Origin: Vulcanimicrobiota bacterium
GTDB taxonomy: Bacteria > Vulcanimicrobiota > Xenobia > Xenobiales > JADMJV01
Direction of reading: 5' to 3'
NCBI GenBank assembly: GCA_050250895.1
Contig: JBFWNU010000004.1
Location: 302,934-366,933 of the forward strand
Length of the DNA stretch: 64,000 nucleotides
The notes beneath the pieces were generated by a model. It ran no database searches and was not told where the DNA came from. It saw only the letters and a program-made list of their open reading frames with translations. The stretch's first letter is position 1; every line of letters starts with the position of its first letter. The position numbers and the translations under genes are program-made. Below, in pieces: positions 9,677 through 19,791 of this stretch.

Positions 9677-10507
9677 ATGGCTATTCGAATCGGAGTTCAA
9701 CTTCATCCCCAACATTGCACCTACGACGAACTCGCCAAAGCCGCTCAAGAAGTCGATCAACTCGGCTGCGATACTCTTTGGACCTGGGACCACTTCTATC
9801 CGCTCTACGGCTCTCCCGACGCTCCCATGGGGCCCCAACTGCCCCCGGCCGCCGGAGACCCCCCCAATCGCCACGGACACTTCGAAGGGTGGACTTTGTT
9901 AGCCGCCTTCGCCTGTGTCACCAAGAAGGTTGAAATCGGGATGCTGGTGACTTGCAACACCTATCGCAACCCGCAACTGCTGGCCGACATGGCCCGCACC
10001 CTCGACCACATCAGCCACGGTCGGGCCATCCTCGGCGTTGGCTCGGGCTGGTATGAAAAAGACTACCAGGAATACGACTACGAGTTTGGCACCGCGGTAA
10101 GCCGGCTCAAGGACCTGGCCCGTGACCTGCCCATCATGAAAGAGCGCCTCGGCAAGCTGCATCCGGCTCCCGTTCGCAATCCGCTACCGATCATGATCGG
10201 AGGTGGAGGCGAGAAGATGACCCTGCGCATCGTGGCCGAGCACGCCCACATTTGGAACGGCTTCGGCACGCCTGACGTGCTGGCTCACAAGAACAAAGTG
10301 CTCGACGACTGGTGCGCCAAAGTCGGGCGTGACCCCAAAGAGATCGAACGTTCGGTGCTGATGACCCAGCCCGACGCCCTCGACGTGCTCGACGGGATGT
10401 ATGAGGCTGGTATCCGCCACTTCATCTATGGCACCGGTATCCCGTTTGACCTCGACCCGGCCAAGCGGCTGCTCGAATGGCGCGAGAGCAAGCTCGCTCA
10501 CGCTTAA
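9677..10507 (+). CDS. LLM class (putative F420-dependent) oxidoreductase
   Basis: WTWDHFYP, YRNPQLLADMARTLDHISHGR and IMIGGGGEK motifs. SD GGAAGGA before ATG 9677. Confidence 0.9.
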   Translation: MAIRIGVQLHPQHCTYDELAKAAQEVDQLGCDTLWTWDHFYPLYGSPDAPMGPQLPPAAGDPPNRHGHFEGWTLLAAFACVTKKVEIGMLVTCNTYRNPQLLADMARTLDHISHGRAILGVGSGWYEKDYQEYDYEFGTAVSRLKDLARDLPIMKERLGKLHPAPVRNPLPIMIGGGGEKMTLRIVAEHAHIWNGFGTPDVLAHKNKVLDDWCAKVGRDPKEIERSVLMTQPDALDVLDGMYEAGIRHFIYGTGIPFDLDPAKRLLEWRESKLAHA

Positions 10508-11469
10508 CCCGCCTGTTGGCGGCGGCCGGGCTGGCGATGCTCTTCGCCTGCCCGGCCAGGCCGTCAGCGCCTGCGCCCAGCCCGGTGACCAGCATGACCT
10601 CTGCAGCCCCTTTGGCTCCCGACCCCGAGATGGTGACCCGCCTGAAAGCCGATGTGGAGCATCTGGCCGCTGGCGAACGCAACCTGGACCACCCTCCCAG
10701 TCTGCCTCAGGTCGAAAAGTGGCTCACTCAAAGACTCGAGTCGATGGACTACCAGGTGAAGCGTGAAGAGTATCAGGTCGAGGGCAGTCAGGTCGCCAAT
10801 CTGGTGGTGGAAATCGCTGGCGCCAAGCCTGAGGTGGTAGTTATCGGTGCCCACTACGACTCGGCTCCCGGCACGCGGGGGGCCGATGACAACGCCAGCG
10901 GGGTGGCCTCTCTGCTCGAACTGGCCCGCCAACTGCGCCAGGACAAGCCCGAGCACACCTTGCGCCTGGTGCTTTTCGTCAATGAAGAACCTCCCTGGTT
11001 CATGACCGAAGACATGGGCAGCCTGCGCCACGCCCGCGGCTGCAAGAAGCGCGGCGAGGACATCCGGGCCATGGTGGCCCTCGAGAGCATCGGCTACTTT
11101 TCAGACGAGCCCGACAGCCAGCACTTCCCCCCCGGCATCGAGGGCTATCCCACCACCGGCAACTTCGTGGGGTTCGTGGGCAACCTCAGTTCGGCCGCCC
11201 TGGTATCGCGCTGCAAGACGCTGTTTGCCCCGTCAGGGGTGGCGGTCGAGTCGCTGGCCGCCCCCTCGATGATCGAAGGAGTGGGTTGGTCCGACCATTG
11301 GTCCTTCTGGCAAGAGGGTTATCCCGCCGTGATGCTGACCGACACGGCCCCTTTTCGCAACCCCAACTATCACCGCCCCAGCGACCTTCCCGACACCCTC
11401 GACTACCATCGCCTGGCCCAGGTGACCACCGCCATGCTAGCTGTGGTGCGCGGACTAACGGGCCCTTAA
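10477..11469 (+). CDS. M28 family peptidase
   Basis: GAHYDS, GADDNASG, NEEPP, SDH and YHRPSD motifs. Start codon uncertain. Confidence 0.9.
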   Translation: MAREQARSRLTRLLAAAGLAMLFACPARPSAPAPSPVTSMTSAAPLAPDPEMVTRLKADVEHLAAGERNLDHPPSLPQVEKWLTQRLESMDYQVKREEYQVEGSQVANLVVEIAGAKPEVVVIGAHYDSAPGTRGADDNASGVASLLELARQLRQDKPEHTLRLVLFVNEEPPWFMTEDMGSLRHARGCKKRGEDIRAMVALESIGYFSDEPDSQHFPPGIEGYPTTGNFVGFVGNLSSAALVSRCKTLFAPSGVAVESLAAPSMIEGVGWSDHWSFWQEGYPAVMLTDTAPFRNPNYHRPSDLPDTLDYHRLAQVTTAMLAVVRGLTGP

Positions 11470-13755
11470 CGCGAAGTCAGCTACCAGTTGCTCTTGAATG
11501 CGGGTCTCGACGGCCCGGGGCGAGCGGGTCTGGCGCACCGCGGCGATGGCCTCCTCGGGCGAGAGCCCGCGGCTGGTCAATAGACTGGCCGCCAACATTC
11601 CCGATCTTCCCAGGCCGGCCACGCAATGAACCACGACCGCCAGGCCCTGGGCCAGCCGCTCATCTACCCAGTCCACGGCGGCCCGCATTTCGTCCACCGT
11701 CGTCACTCGCTGGTCCACGATGGGCAGATGGTAGGCCTGCCAGCCCCGACTGCGATACTCAGCCAGTAATTGGCCCACCCCATAGCTCTCGAGTTCGGCC
11801 AGGGGAATCAGACAAACCACGGCGCCTACCCCTTGCTCGCTCAGACTTTCGAGGTCTTCGGCCAACTGCCGGCCCCGATCACGCCGTCCGGGCAGCAGCG
11901 TCAGGCCCAGCCGTCCCGGCCCAACCAGCCCATCGGGAAGCCAGTCCACCCGCAGCCGGCTGCTGGCGGCCAGCCGCTGGGCTACCTGCTCGGCCAACCG
12001 GCTGGCGGTGTAAAGGGCCCATTGCCGTTGAAGCTGGCTCGACTCGTCGAAGCCCAGCGTATGGGCCGCATAGCGCAGGGCGGCCACCCAGTATTGATAA
12101 GGGTCGCGGTCCGAGTGAATCAGTCGAGGGTAGTGAGAGCGCAACATGGCCACTACCTGCCAGGCCCGCTCGAGACCGTCCAGAGCGAACTTGCACTCGG
12201 GCAAAGGCGCCCCCAAATCGGCGACCTCGAGCAAGTGGTCGCTCAAGTCGCAAGCCTGGGCCAGCTCGGCCTCGTCGGCCAGTGGGGTGAAGATATAGAG
12301 CAGGTCGTTTTCGAGCTTGATGAGGTCCATCAAGACGTGGGCTCGCCTGGTGTGGAAGAAGTCGATCATCCAGACGTTCTGATTCCCGTCGACGATGATG
12401 TTGGCCCCGTTGAGATCACCGTGCACAAAGGCTTGATAGCATTGACCCTGAGGGCTTTGGGGCAGCTCGGCCAGGACGTTTTCGTAGAAGTGGCACAGGT
12501 TATAGACCGGTCGCTCGGGACAAGGCTCGAGGGTCGGGCCCGCCTGACCCACCAGAGCCTCCACTTTGCGTCGCACGCCGGGTGCCCAGCGGGCCGAGAA
12601 TCCGTAGTGTTCGAGCAGGTCGCAATCTTCGCGTGAGGCTGCTTTGTAGAGCCTCCCCAGCTGCTCGCCGAAGACGGTGTCAAGGATGCGCTGGCACTCG
12701 GTCAATCCGAGGCCCTGCTGATAGAGCTTCTGGAAGGTGGTCGAAAAGGCCCCGCCCATCGAGGCATAGCGATACTTGATGGCACCCCGATCGTTAAAGT
12801 CGGCAAAGTCCGAGATTTGAGGGGCGTTGTTGCCCAGCACCTGCTGCACTCGCTCGAACGAAGCGCGTTCCTGCCCCATCAGGCTCTGGGGACCCACCTT
12901 GACCACGTGAGGGACCTGCTCGTGGCCGTGCAGGTCGAGCCCTTCGGCCCCCAGCACGACGTTGCCTGAGAAGCCCCCGTCCAGAACCTTCAGTTCCACC
13001 CTCTGGCAGTCTCGAAAAAGATAGCGCACCAGGGTGTCGTCGGTGGGCTCGAGTTGGACCCCAGTCAGGGATGGGTTGGTCTGGCTGGCTCCCAGCAAAG
13101 GCGCATCCCATTCTTTGCCACCGAGAAAATCGACGAACTCGCCTACCGAGTCGATGACCCGCAGCCCCAGCAGGCGCCGCATCTGATCGAGGGCTTGAAA
13201 GTGATGGTGGCGAGAGGATGAAGCGGTCAGAGCCGAGCACACGGCCACCTCGAAGAGCGGATAGCGGGTGCGCAACTCGTAGGCCAGATAATAGACCTTG
13301 GCCTCGGTCCACACTCCCATGATGCCGACTCGACGAGGCCGACCGTCAAAGGGCAGGAGCTGTTGGGCCAGGTCGGTGTGATGAAAATCGTTGAGACTCA
13401 AGGAATCGATGACCGACACCCCGGCTTTAGGTTGGCTCGGCCGGGCAAAGGCGAACTCGGCTCCTCTGGTGCCCTGGAGACAGTGGGGCCCAAACCGCTC
13501 GAGATGGCCCTTTTGCTCTGGATCGCCCGGATCGTGCCAATCGCGCAGGTGAAAGACCCGCAATAGCTCGTCAGGGGTTTGATAGGCCCAGCTCATCACT
13601 CGCGACACGGGCCCTTCCTCGGGCAGTTCGCCCATCAGGCGCAGGCTTTCAGAATAGCCCACGTGCAGGCGGTTTGGCAGGGCCTCGAAGCGAGCCAGGG
13701 GCGCAACGAAGTCGTTCTGGAGACATTGCGAGAATAGCAGGGCGGTGGCGAACAT
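11455..13755 (-). CDS. isochorismatase/nicotinamidase-like + phosphotransferase (APH/kinase-like) + protein tyrosine/dual-specificity phosphatase fusion
   Basis: LQNDF, RDWH and HCLQGTRGAEF; then GGFSG, VVKVG, HGDLNGANI and IDF; then HCVAGLGRSG. True start taken as ATG 13755 (TAACAT 7 nt upstream). Confidence 0.85.
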   Translation of the reverse strand: MFATALLFSQCLQNDFVAPLARFEALPNRLHVGYSESLRLMGELPEEGPVSRVMSWAYQTPDELLRVFHLRDWHDPGDPEQKGHLERFGPHCLQGTRGAEFAFARPSQPKAGVSVIDSLSLNDFHHTDLAQQLLPFDGRPRRVGIMGVWTEAKVYYLAYELRTRYPLFEVAVCSALTASSSRHHHFQALDQMRRLLGLRVIDSVGEFVDFLGGKEWDAPLLGASQTNPSLTGVQLEPTDDTLVRYLFRDCQRVELKVLDGGFSGNVVLGAEGLDLHGHEQVPHVVKVGPQSLMGQERASFERVQQVLGNNAPQISDFADFNDRGAIKYRYASMGGAFSTTFQKLYQQGLGLTECQRILDTVFGEQLGRLYKAASREDCDLLEHYGFSARWAPGVRRKVEALVGQAGPTLEPCPERPVYNLCHFYENVLAELPQSPQGQCYQAFVHGDLNGANIIVDGNQNVWMIDFFHTRRAHVLMDLIKLENDLLYIFTPLADEAELAQACDLSDHLLEVADLGAPLPECKFALDGLERAWQVVAMLRSHYPRLIHSDRDPYQYWVAALRYAAHTLGFDESSQLQRQWALYTASRLAEQVAQRLAASSRLRVDWLPDGLVGPGRLGLTLLPGRRDRGRQLAEDLESLSEQGVGAVVCLIPLAELESYGVGQLLAEYRSRGWQAYHLPIVDQRVTTVDEMRAAVDWVDERLAQGLAVVVHCVAGLGRSGMLAASLLTSRGLSPEEAIAAVRQTRSPRAVETRIQEQLVADFALRAR

Positions 13756-13836
13756 GCCACGTATGTTACCCTCCGGGGTGGCGCCAATCCTCTCGTTGAT
13801 TAACTGTTGAAAATCAACGGGTAGAATACCGGTTCG

Positions 13837-15336
13837 ATGATGAAATCTCGAGATGCAGCCGCCTCCGCCCAAGAAACCGACCTCCTTTTTCAGCTTCTGG
13901 TCGATGCCATGGACGAAATCTTTTGGGTCGCCACGCCGGGGCGAAGCAAGTTTCTCTACGTTTCTCCCGCCGCTGAGCGCGTATTCGGCTTTAGTCCGAA
14001 TCGCTTTCTGACCCACCCCGGCCTCTGGCTCAACAACGTCTTTCCGGCCGACCGCGATGAACTCGCCGAGCTTCTCGGGCGAACGGGCGACTGTTATCAG
14101 CACGCCTATCGGGTGATGCATAAAGACGGCGGCATTCGCTGGCTGCGCGAACGGGCCTATCGGGTCGAACCGGCCGGGCCCAGCCGACCGGTGATCGTGG
14201 GGCTGAGCGAAGACATCACGCAGGAGAAAGAACTCGAGGCTCAGTTTCTGCATTCTCAAAGGATGGAGGTGGTGGGCCGGGTGGCCGGAGGTATCGCCCA
14301 CGACTTCAACAATTTGCTCACTTGCATCATGGGGTTGGCCGAACTGGCCCTTGACGGAGTGCCCGAGGGCGAGTTGCGCGAAGACCTCGAACAGATCTTG
14401 CGAGCCAGCAAACGGGGTGAGGGGTTGGTGGCTGGCCTGCTGGCCTTTAGCCGCAAAGAGCGTTTGCACCACGTGCTCACCGAACTCAATCAAGTGGTGG
14501 GCGAGGTGTGCAAGATGTTCGAACGGGTGCTCGGCGAGGACATCCGCCTCACCTTCAGGGTCCCCGACGAGCCGCTGATGGTAAAAATCGAGCGCGCTCA
14601 GGCCGAACAGATTCTCGCCAATCTGATGGTCAACGCCCGCGACGCCATGCCGACGGGCGGCGTGCTCGAGGTCTCGCTCGAGGCCGAGGAGGCTGGCGGC
14701 AAGGTCTTTGCCAAGTTGACCGTCCGTGACACCGGAGTGGGAATTCCGGCCGACGTTTGTGCCCGCATCTTCGAGCCTTTCTATACTACCAAGAAAAACC
14801 ACGGCACCGGTCTGGGCCTGTCGACCGTGCACACTTTGATCACGCAGGTGGGCGGCCACATTCATCTCGACACGGTGCCGGGCGAGGGGACCGCCTTCGA
14901 GCTCTTCATGCCCACCGTTCAATCTCGCCGCCAGCTGGCTCCCTCCCTCCGCAGCACCAGCCAGGGACCCTACCAGAAAGGAACGATCCTGCTGGTGGAG
15001 GACGAGACGCTGGTGCGAAATCTGCTGCGGCGCGTCCTCGAGAGCGCCGGCTATGAGGTGGTGACGGCCGCCAACGGCGACGAAGCGAAGACCGCCTACA
15101 GCCGGCTCGAGGGCAGCTTGCAAATGATCGTCACCGACGTGGTCATGCCGGGCATGGGAGGCTTTGAACTCATTCGGGCCCTCAAGCCAGCGATTCCGGT
15201 CCTTTACATTTCGGGCTATCTCGGAGACAAGCATGCCGAAGCCGAACTGGCCTCAGACCAGGAGTTGCTGTTGAAACCGTTCTCTCCCGAAGAGCTGGTC
15301 AACCGGGTGAACGTCTTGGCCGAACAGGGCTCTTAA
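13837..15336 (+). CDS. PAS-domain hybrid sensor histidine kinase/response regulator
   Basis: PAS region, H-box AHDFNNLL, NARDAM, GTGLGL, and a receiver domain (LLVEDE, TDVVMP, KPF). Confidence 0.95.
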   Translation: MMKSRDAAASAQETDLLFQLLVDAMDEIFWVATPGRSKFLYVSPAAERVFGFSPNRFLTHPGLWLNNVFPADRDELAELLGRTGDCYQHAYRVMHKDGGIRWLRERAYRVEPAGPSRPVIVGLSEDITQEKELEAQFLHSQRMEVVGRVAGGIAHDFNNLLTCIMGLAELALDGVPEGELREDLEQILRASKRGEGLVAGLLAFSRKERLHHVLTELNQVVGEVCKMFERVLGEDIRLTFRVPDEPLMVKIERAQAEQILANLMVNARDAMPTGGVLEVSLEAEEAGGKVFAKLTVRDTGVGIPADVCARIFEPFYTTKKNHGTGLGLSTVHTLITQVGGHIHLDTVPGEGTAFELFMPTVQSRRQLAPSLRSTSQGPYQKGTILLVEDETLVRNLLRRVLESAGYEVVTAANGDEAKTAYSRLEGSLQMIVTDVVMPGMGGFELIRALKPAIPVLYISGYLGDKHAEAELASDQELLLKPFSPEELVNRVNVLAEQGS

Positions 15337-15411
15337 CACTTCTGTTACGAAAGCAAGCTACCCTGAGGATGTTCATCTCAGCTCCACACCTCGAAGAGAG
15401 AGATCGATACA

Positions 15412-17334
15412 TTGCAGACCAGTTTCCCCACCCAGTTTCCAATCGTCCGCACGAGCAGCCTGAAATTTTCCGCCCCTCCCGGCTCGACCACCCCACAGAC
15501 CCCGGATGGCTATTCCGGCTCGGTCAACCTACCCGAACCCGCCCCTGAGTCATCCCCCGCCAAGGGGTCTTCGTGGTCGGCCATTCTCGGAGGGGGCCTG
15601 GCCCTGATGGGTGCAGCCACGGCTGCGGCCGTGGCCATGCCCAGTAGCGCCGTGGCCCAGGAGGTTGAGCCGCAAGTGGTTACCAACGCCGAAGCGGCCC
15701 CGACCACCATCGCTGCCGATCCGGCCGCCGCTTCCACCGAAGTGGCCCAGACCCCCCCCGGCCTGCCTCAAGAGATCGTGATCCAGGCCCCCGAGGGCAC
15801 CAAGATCATCGTGCAAGACAGCAATCAGGCCGCGCCTGCGAACCAGAGTTCGGGCATGAGCCCGCTCCAGATCGGCCTCTCGGTGGCCGGCCTGGGACTG
15901 ATGGGATTCATGATCTACCAGGCCTGGAAAGCCAGTTCTCAGATGAACGGCGGAGCTGGAGTAGGCGCCGCCGGAGACGGCAAGAGCCCCTTCCGCATCG
16001 GCAAGAGCAATAAGTCTTTCAAAGACGTGGCCGGCATTCCCGAAGCCAAAGAAGAGTTGATGGAAGTGGTCGACTTCTTGAAGAATCCCGGTCGCTATCA
16101 GCAACTGGGCGGTAAGGTTCCCGGCGGCGTTTTGCTCGAGGGTCCTCCGGGCACCGGCAAGACCCTGCTGGCCAAAGCCGTGGCCGGCGAGGCCGGGGTC
16201 AACTTCCTCGAGATCAACGGCTCGGGCTTTGTCGAGAAATACGTCGGCGTGGGTGCGGCCCGCGTGCGTGAGTTGTTCGCCGAAGCGCGCCGCATGAAGC
16301 CTTGCGTGATCTTCATCGACGAAATCGACGCGGTGGGTGGCCAGCGCGGCGGCGGCAACGAAGCCGGCAACTCGGAGCGAGAAAACACTCTCAACGCCCT
16401 CCTATCCGAGATGGACGGATTCGCCGACAGCGAAGGCGTGATCGTGCTGGCCGCCACCAATCGGCGCGACCTGCTCGACACGGCCCTCACCCGCAACGGA
16501 CGGTTCGACCGCAAGGTGACCGTCGACGCCCCCAACAAGGATGGCCGCGAAAAGATCCTGCAGGTTCACGCCAAAGGCAAGAAGCTAGCCAAAGATGTCG
16601 ACCTTTCGGCCGTGGCCGAGCGCACGCCGGGAATGGTGGGGGCCGACCTGGAGGCAGTGATGAACGAATCGGCTCTGATGGCCGCCCGGTCCAAAGCCGA
16701 CGAGATCTCGCCCAAGCATATCAGCGAAGCCATCGATCGAGTGGCCATGGGCCCGCAGCGCAAGAGCCGCATCCTGACGCCGAAAGAGCGCGAAGTCACG
16801 GCCTGGCACGAGTCCGGCCACGCTATCCTGACCATGGCTTTGCAGAAAAACAAGAGCCTGCAGAAGGTCAGCATCCTGCCCCGAGGCCCGGCCGCGGGCG
16901 TGACCTGGGCGGTCGATCTGCAGGACCGCAGCATGTATGACCGCCAGGAGCTCTACGACGACATCTGCATGCTGCTAGGTGGACGTGCCGCCGAAGAACT
17001 ACACTTTGGCGAAATCACCACCGGTGCTTCCAACGACCTCGAGCGGGCCACCGCCCTGGCCGAGGCGATCGTTTGCGACTATGGCATGACCGAATTGGGC
17101 CAGGTCAAGTTCAGCAAAGGTGGCCGCGACAAAGGCCACCACGCCTCGGGCGAGACATCGTCGGCCATTACCGACAAGATCAAGGCGATCATCGACGAGC
17201 AGTATAACCGGGCCAAGGCCATCTTGACCAAGCAGACCAAAGCCTTCGAGTGTTTGTCGACCTCGCTCTTGGACAAAGAAGAGCTAGACCGCGACGAACT
17301 CGAGACGATGCTGCGACCGCAACTGGTCGCCTAG
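15412..17334 (+). CDS. ftsH: ATP-dependent zinc metalloprotease FtsH (probable paralog)
   Basis: Walker A GPPGTGKT, IFIDEID, GRFDR, HESGH and GASNDL. Two hydrophobic segments in a low-complexity N-terminus. Confidence 0.93.
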   Translation: MQTSFPTQFPIVRTSSLKFSAPPGSTTPQTPDGYSGSVNLPEPAPESSPAKGSSWSAILGGGLALMGAATAAAVAMPSSAVAQEVEPQVVTNAEAAPTTIAADPAAASTEVAQTPPGLPQEIVIQAPEGTKIIVQDSNQAAPANQSSGMSPLQIGLSVAGLGLMGFMIYQAWKASSQMNGGAGVGAAGDGKSPFRIGKSNKSFKDVAGIPEAKEELMEVVDFLKNPGRYQQLGGKVPGGVLLEGPPGTGKTLLAKAVAGEAGVNFLEINGSGFVEKYVGVGAARVRELFAEARRMKPCVIFIDEIDAVGGQRGGGNEAGNSERENTLNALLSEMDGFADSEGVIVLAATNRRDLLDTALTRNGRFDRKVTVDAPNKDGREKILQVHAKGKKLAKDVDLSAVAERTPGMVGADLEAVMNESALMAARSKADEISPKHISEAIDRVAMGPQRKSRILTPKEREVTAWHESGHAILTMALQKNKSLQKVSILPRGPAAGVTWAVDLQDRSMYDRQELYDDICMLLGGRAAEELHFGEITTGASNDLERATALAEAIVCDYGMTELGQVKFSKGGRDKGHHASGETSSAITDKIKAIIDEQYNRAKAILTKQTKAFECLSTSLLDKEELDRDELETMLRPQLVA

Positions 17335-17966
17335 CGCTTCTCGACCACGTTGTTCAGGCCAGTGTTGGTGACAGCCGGCTGGCCTTTTTTATAGTACACG
17401 ACGTTTCCAACACCGGTGAGCACGATCGTGCGGGGAGACTCGACGTGCACGGTGTTGGAGGCGCCGCTGATGGTCAGGGCGCCGGCCTCGCCGCGAATGG
17501 TGATGGTGTTGCTGGCGCCGCTGATCAAGAAATCACGCCCCTGCCCGTCAAACTGCAGATCTTGGGCCGCATCGGTGATGCTGACGGCCGCTCCCGAGTT
17601 GCTCTGCCCGCCCGAGCTGCCGCCAGAGGATACAACCTCGCGGCCGTCGGTGGCCACGATGGTATTATGGTCGCCGCCCCTGACCACCTTAGGGTTGCCG
17701 CGTTTGAAAACGATATCGTTGTGGTGCCCCTGGACCTCGAGATAGGCCGGCTCTTCGATGACTACATCGTTATGGTGCCCGCCGATGGTAACCCGACCGG
17801 CCCGTCCGGTGATGACCACATCGTTATGGTGACCTTCGATGATGAAATCGCGCCCCTGGCCTTGAATGAAACGGTCCTCGTGATCGCCTCCGATCACCAC
17901 CGGTTCACACCAGGCCGTTGTCCATAGCAAGGCGGCCAGCATCGCCACCAGTCCAATCCGCTTCAT
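17331..17966 (-). CDS. secreted DUF3060-like beta-repeat protein
   Basis: Signal peptide, repeated IxGxxNxV units, internal duplication. Confidence 0.75.
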   Translation of the reverse strand: MKRIGLVAMLAALLWTTAWCEPVVIGGDHEDRFIQGQGRDFIIEGHHNDVVITGRAGRVTIGGHHNDVVIEEPAYLEVQGHHNDIVFKRGNPKVVRGGDHNTIVATDGREVVSSGGSSGGQSNSGAAVSITDAAQDLQFDGQGRDFLISGASNTITIRGEAGALTISGASNTVHVESPRTIVLTGVGNVVYYKKGQPAVTNTGLNNVVEKR

Positions 17967-18143
17967 GACTTGAATCCTCTCGCGTTTGCCTGGCCCATTT
18001 CACACCGACTCGACGAAACCTCTCGGCTGCGCGAGGGGCTCTTTTCGAAAGAATTTTGAGCCCCCTGGCCTTTTTTCTAAATTCGTTAAGGGCACCGGAG
18101 TATTCTTAACCCACAAGCTCACAGATAAAGGAAGGTCAGACAA

Positions 18144-19196
18144 ATGAATGTCTCCACGCTAAGACCGACCACTCCCTCACTCACCAACCATATCGCCTCG
18201 GCCAAAGAGAACAAAGAGAGCCAGGGCGCTGACGAAGCCGAGATGCACCCCGGTCCTGCGACCGAGGACACCGCCGACCTCAAGCCTGGTGACAAAGGCT
18301 ATGACGGTGAAAAAGTCAACGTAAAATTCGGCGCTCCCCTGTCCCACAAACTGGTGGCCGCAGCCGGAGCCCTCGGAACCGCCGCTTGCGTAGGCCGCAT
18401 GCTCTGGCAGGTCGCCGAGCAACCCACCCTGGGTGCCAAGATCGCCTGGGGCGCTGGAGCCCTCGCCGCCGGTGTAGCTGGTTACGCAGCCGCCGACTTC
18501 GGCAGCGGTGTCTTCCATCACTTCATCGACAATTATCCCAAGAAGCCTGACATCGCCAAACCCGGCGAACTCAGCTGGAACACCCCCGTCATCGGCGACA
18601 TGGCTGCCGAGTTCCAGGTGCACCACCACTTCACTCGCGACCTCGAAAAAGTTCCCTTCATTTCGAACCTTTACCCTTCCGGCAAGTTCATGTGGGCGGG
18701 TCTGGCGGCCCTGGCGGCTTTCAGCCCCAACGCCGCCGTCACCGCCGCCGGCACTGCCTTCCTGGGCGGAGCCTTCCTGGCCCAGGGTTCACACCGCTGG
18801 ACCCACGAGCCTAACCCCCCGGCCATCGGCAAGTTCCTGCAAAAAGTCGGTCTGGCTCAGTCCAAAGAAGACCACTACACCCATCACAAAATGCCCTGGG
18901 CGGACCACTACTGCATCGTGAACGGCATGTGGAACCCGGTGCTCACCCGCAACGACTTCTGGCGCAAGTGGGAAGGCCTCATCTATCGTACCACCGGTGC
19001 CGAGCCCAACTCGTGGCGTGACCCCGGTGTCAAAGAACTGGCCCTGGGCGAGATCACCAAAGAAGAGTTCCTCAATCGTCGTCCCGAGGACAAGAAAATC
19101 TTCCAAAGCCTGGTTCGCGCCAGTGGCGAACGCGAAGCTCTGATGCCGTGGCTGCACGGTCGCGAAGAGCTGACCGAGAATCACGCTCCCAAATAG
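18144..19196 (+). CDS. CarF/TMEM189/FAD4-family lipid desaturase
   Basis: ADFGSGVFHHFIDNY, FQVHHH, SHRWTH and HYTHH...YCIVNGMWNPVL histidine motifs. SD AAGGAAGG. Confidence 0.9.
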   Translation: MNVSTLRPTTPSLTNHIASAKENKESQGADEAEMHPGPATEDTADLKPGDKGYDGEKVNVKFGAPLSHKLVAAAGALGTAACVGRMLWQVAEQPTLGAKIAWGAGALAAGVAGYAAADFGSGVFHHFIDNYPKKPDIAKPGELSWNTPVIGDMAAEFQVHHHFTRDLEKVPFISNLYPSGKFMWAGLAALAAFSPNAAVTAAGTAFLGGAFLAQGSHRWTHEPNPPAIGKFLQKVGLAQSKEDHYTHHKMPWADHYCIVNGMWNPVLTRNDFWRKWEGLIYRTTGAEPNSWRDPGVKELALGEITKEEFLNRRPEDKKIFQSLVRASGEREALMPWLHGREELTENHAPK

Positions 19197-19227
19197 AAAA
19201 AAGACCTGCTGACGCAGGTCTTTTTTT
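19197..19227. terminator. bidirectional intrinsic terminator
   Basis: AAAAAAGACCTGC-TGAC-GCAGGTCTTTTTT between convergent genes. Confidence 0.9.
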
Positions 19228-19241
19228 ATGTACGGCCGAGC

Positions 19242-19529
19242 TCAGGGCAAGAACTCGAGGCCGACCAGCGACTTGCCTCCGGCCAGCGACTCGCTCCAGG
19301 CCACCCGGGCCGGGCACTTGTAGTAGGAGAGACCGTCGGCCTCGAGGGAAATCTCGAGCGACTCGCCGACCTTGACGTCGGTGGCCAGCACGGCTCGGGC
19401 TCCGCGCACGGTGACTTCGATGGCGGCCACGGCCGAGCGCCAATTGTTGCGCTGGTGGCGGTAGCTGAGGTTGGCTTCGAGACGGGTTCGGCGGGTGTTG
19501 CGGCGATTACGAACGAGAGTGGCTTGCAT
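19242..19529 (-). CDS. PilZ domain protein
   Basis: NRRNTRR (RxxxR), a variant second motif EVTVRGA, and the ending ARVAW...VGLEF. AGGAGG SD. Confidence 0.75.
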   Translation of the reverse strand: MQATLVRNRRNTRRTRLEANLSYRHQRNNWRSAVAAIEVTVRGARAVLATDVKVGESLEISLEADGLSYYKCPARVAWSESLAGGKSLVGLEFLP

Positions 19530-19791
19530 TGGGTTGTCCTCCTGCTTTTTGTTGGGCTAGTTGCAAGAGACAATGGCCCCACCCCGGCAAAAGTTTATGC
19601 CAGGATGTAAATTTTGTTAACAGTTTGCGTTGCTCGGCTTTGGCGGCCGCGGAGCGGCGAAGCCGAGGTGCTTGTTGCCATTTCCAGCATCGTCTTGCCA
19701 GAGCGTTGAATCGAGGTAACCTTCGCAGCCCCGCGTCGGATGTTTACAACTCGCGGACGAGGTCTGGCTCGCGATCGGCGAGCATGGAAGT

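Noticed and set aside
13756-15234. N-terminal 490 aa of the 1259-aa minus-strand ORF
   Set aside because: Antisense shadow of the histidine kinase gene. Recognisable domains and a -10 box begin at ATG 13755.
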